Below are positions 60,031-64,000 of a stretch of 64,000 nucleotides of DNA, piece after piece. The DNA is from Oopsacas minuta (taxonomy: Eukaryota; Animalia; Porifera). Made by a program: the position numbers and the translations under genes. How positions within the stretch are numbered: the first letter of the stretch is position 1; each line of letters begins with the position of its first letter. The notes beneath the pieces were generated by a model, which did not search any database, was not told the origin of the DNA, and saw only the letters and a list, made by a program, of their open reading frames with translations. The stretch covers positions 62,001-126,000 of the forward strand of contig JAKMXF010000351.1 in assembly GCA_024704765.1 (NCBI GenBank), given 5' to 3'.

Positions 60031-62536
60031 CCATATAAAATAATATACTTGTTTATCATCCCCGCCTGCCCCATTTAATCTCCCTCCTCAGCAATTTTTT
60101 TAATTTTACTAAATATCTTTATTTAATACTTGTATTCGCAGATGAACGTCTTCGAAACGAGCTATTATTTAACACAGCGCCCTTCGCTTGCTAGGTCGCT
60201 GAGCAGTGTGGCTAATTATGTGATTTTTCGAAAATCCAAAAAGGTGGCAATGACATCATAATTTCGTCAGATGTGAATTTCGTCCAAGACTCAAACCTGT
60301 CCGAGTCAGGCCCTAATACCCCTCCCTGTATGGCAAAAATCAGCCATGGGGTGTGCACTAAATTTTTATTGGTATTCTTTAAATTGTACTATAATTCAGA
60401 TTATAGAGAGGAAGTGAATATTAGTTTTCCCATATACTGTGTAAGCTTAATATGAACACCAACGGACCGTACGGTTAAAATGTATTCGCCTTTCCGGAGT
60501 TTATAAACCGTGTAATATCCATTGAAGTACGGTTGTAGGGACCTGATTATGTACGAATATTGTTCGTCTTATCAGAAATTCGTGTTAACGAGATAGTTTA
60601 AATAAATTAGTAAAATTACGCTTAGCAAAAATAAAAACAAAGCCGCGCCCCGCCCTATTTCGCAGAAAAAAATGGATGAGAAACAAGTAATTTATTTTAC
60701 ATGGCCTTATCCCTAAATTTTTGGAGTTCATGGGCTGTAATGATAATGAATTCCCAATGTGTTATATAACCAGGGGTGAATCTAGCCATATATTTGGGGG
60801 AGTGCAAGTTTGGGATGGTTATAGTAGTGATTAAGTATCTAAGAGGCTAAGGCGATAAGATATCGTTCAAGTCCCTAATATCCTCAAGGTTCACGAGAGA
60901 CTCTAATTTTACATAAAAATCTACATGGCGAAAGGCAATCCAATGCTAGAAATCTTACTAATTCATTACAAACTGATACAAATCTTTTGCCACACTTTAA
61001 TTACACTATACAGACAGTTCAATGATGCCAAAATATATCTGATAAACTACAATATCGAGGTGAACTTTAGAATTAACGTATATCCTGTAGCCAAATAATA
61101 CTCATAATCTGATGGACAGAGAACTAATTACCAATTATATATGCTACACTTCGCTTGATAGGATTCTGCGCCACAGCTTTGTACCTCAGGTTTAACTTAG
61201 TATGAAACAACTAAATATATTAGTAATTTTAGTTGCTACGCGACAGGATATACTGAAGCACTTCACTAAGTACGTCAAATTCGCAAAATGATCCAAAAAT
61301 TCAATCATGAGTTAGCATTTCGCAAAAATCATGAAGTTAGGACATTGACATATTGATATTGAGGTATATCTGGCCAACCTATCTCATGTACATTAGAATT
61401 CAGGGTTGTCGTGAGAATGGGAATCAATATCCCAGGGCAACTGAGAATTAAATACTGACAATGTTAATTTACAATTATACTAATCGTTTAACCGCAATCA
61501 TTCATGCATCGTTATCGCTAGTCATTCACTAATCATTTGATTGGAATTTCTTACAATAAATACTATCTTTATTTACAAAGTCTTTGACAAATGTACCAAC
61601 CATTCATTCTAATAGAGAAATTTTCAGTGAAAAAGAACACGGATTATCGATGCTCTACTGGATTTATTTATACATACCGTAGTAATTAATAAGGATCCTG
61701 TTCGCTGAATTTTTAGTTTTATAAGTTTGTGCTTTTCTGAGTACGTACAGTCAATACTCTCGTTATATCAAACACCTATACACCCGCCAATATCGAAGTC
61801 TGAAAATATGCAAATATTTACCAGGCCGTCAAAGTAACATAAATTTCATCCGCTATATCGAACTGTTAAAATCGAAATAATTATCGCGGACCCATGAGCT
61901 GCAATATCACTGGAGTTGATGGAAGATGTTTGTTAAATATTGTTTGTTCATTACGAATTAACAGAGTGATAATATATCACAGTCTATTTTTATTAGCTCT
62001 ACAAAGATAAAACGTTGGTTAAACTGGAAAAAGTTAGAATAGTATTTTATACAGATGAAATCATATTGGTAAAAAGATGCGGCAAACTCACTTGTAGTAC
62101 TGCCTAAGAATTAATCCCTATCTAGAATGGGAATGAGAATTTATCCTTTAATTCCTGGAATTAATGGTCTGAGAATGGGGATTAATGTCATTTCAAGGAA
62201 TGGGAATGAAAATTAAGTCTTTATTTCCCGAAAGTAAAGGGCTGAAAATGGGAATAGGAATTAAGCCCTTGATTCCTGGAATTAAAGGAGTGAGAATGGG
62301 CCAGAAATGATTGGCAAATGACTATTCCATCTAGTATATATATTAAATTATTAATAAATAAATTAACTATAAGATAGTGTAACCCTGACAACTAAATTTA
62401 AGATCCTCAAAATTCCCCAAAGCGAACCGTAATGAATCTTGTGTATGTTGAATAATGCTATCATGAAGAGCTTTAACAGAGATTTCCTCTTCCTTAGATT
62501 CAAGATTTAAACGCTGTGATGTTTGACCAGTTGTAT

Positions 62537-62848
62537 TCAAATATAATTTGCCGGATTGGAAAATATCAGCACTACTTTCGGACGATAAATTGGTCTAATG
62601 CGTGATATTTCGGAGTAGCTACCATCAGCTTGGAGTGCCTGTCCAACGCGGATAAGATCTTCCTCCCGAAAATGGTGTATGCAAATGACTATTTCGTCCT
62701 CTGGAAAGTTTTCGGCAAGATCAGCATGAAGAGCTCTAATCCACTTCTCCTTCAAGTATTTCGATCCTTTCGGTAAACTGAAAACAGTGCCAGTGAGGTG
62801 ACCTCTGTAATCGGTTTTGCACCTAAATACAGAACATGTATTTGGCAT
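62537..62848 (-). pseudogene. THAP domain, truncated transposase-like N-terminus
   Basis: MPNTCSVFRC...VFSLP...EKWIRAL...VICIHHF follows the C2CH THAP pattern; the AVPTIF end is degraded. Confidence 0.7.
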
Positions 62849-63249
62849 TAAGATGTGTCTAATATATGTGAGAATAAAAGAAAAAGGTAAAATAAAGAAG
62901 GAGGAAATGTATAAAGACAAAAATCAGGGCATTTCGATCACCAGAAGTTCTCGGTAAATTATGGCACAGAATATTCAAAAATAGTACTAGCTAGTATTCA
63001 TTGAATAAAATATATTAATGATATAATCTTATTGTGGTTTATTGTTACGAGTTTTAATAATACTTTATTTAAATGACTTATATCTCAAGCCTGGTCCAAT
63101 TTCAAAGTCGATTCCCAATTACAATTGGTAAATTTATCGGTTAAAGTTCATAACTAATACTAAATAGCAAAAACATGAATGCACCTGTAGTTCATTCATG
63201 GTCCAGTTTTATATTACTGTTTCCAGGCTTTATTACTTAGTTCACTGGT

Positions 63250-64000
63250 TATGCTATCTGTCAGGACCGTCCATCGTTTTGGGGCCTTATTCACTCAACT
63301 ATTAACTTAACTTAAAATAAGTACGAACTTGAATTAGCTGATTTGCCTTAGAGCTGTTCCTCTTCCTGGTACTTGAGTTAGTTCCTCCAAAGCTCCCACT
63401 TCTGACTTCAAATAATTTCTTACATACCAATATCGCAGCATGTCTATCAACTCATCTTGTAGCCCCAATATTTTACAGTCGCTGGCGTTTCGATTTGGGG
63501 AGTAATACTTGAATTGCCTTGACTAATCTCTCCTCGCGCGAACAGGATATTAATGAAAGATTATTGAAGTGAGATTAGAAATATGTTACTAAGCACAACA
63601 GTATTAACTTCCCAATGGCAAAATTTCGAATATGTGATGAACAATGAGTATAGTGGACCATTGGATACTTTTCACGTATGCAGGTTTGAATTTTCCAGAC
63701 ATTACACTAGCACCATCCAATACAAGTCCAACCAAATATCTCAAAGCAAGACCAGAAAATGGACAGTATGACTCAATTGAACTTGCAAATACTTCTCGGA
63801 TTAAGTCAGTTACGGTTACAGTTACACAACCAAGAAAACAACTGTTCTGTGCTGAAACAACTGCTGACTTGTGAGCAAAATAGAAAAGTGGACACTTTCA
63901 TCTTCTTCAGAAACAATCTTTTTAAAATCATTGATCCACAAATATTAATGGTTTCGTTTGGATCTTTGGGCAAATATTTGGCATCTGTACCACTAGACAT
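63250..64000 (-). pseudogene. hAT (ZMYM1/Tip100-like) transposase remnant running out of the window
   Basis: YL...NETINIC, frameshifted FSIL...STEQL, GLVLDGASVMSGK, and YPMVHYTHCSSH. Confidence 0.65.

Overview
AT-rich eukaryotic (animal-like) genomic DNA; the NF-kB-type gene points to a metazoan or close relative, and the compact intronless genes fit an early-branching animal such as a glass sponge (inference only). Three single-ORF host genes (TSEN2 at 3208-4227, PEX1 at 34043-37117, an NF-kB/Rel-homology factor at 56475-57815) sit among dense, often nested DNA transposons: hAT, Merlin, mariner DD34D, Tc1, maT DD37D, Chapaev3, MULE, Harbinger, Kolobok-like, THAP remnants, pogo-like MITEs and Helitron-like pieces. 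Nearly all are decayed. The exception is a 6,646-bp Ginger-type element (13046-19691) with perfect 23-bp TIRs and a GGTC target duplication. It holds an apparently intact 7-exon gene encoding an ~894-aa Gypsy-like integrase (H2C2, D-D35-E, GPY/F) spliced in frame to a USP-like cysteine-protease domain. About 190 nt past the stop codon, on the same strand, lie a structured RNA segment and a complete type III hammerhead ribozyme, and the element ends in a 23-unit array of its own TIR motif. All calls were made by eye from motifs; no searches or folding programs were run.
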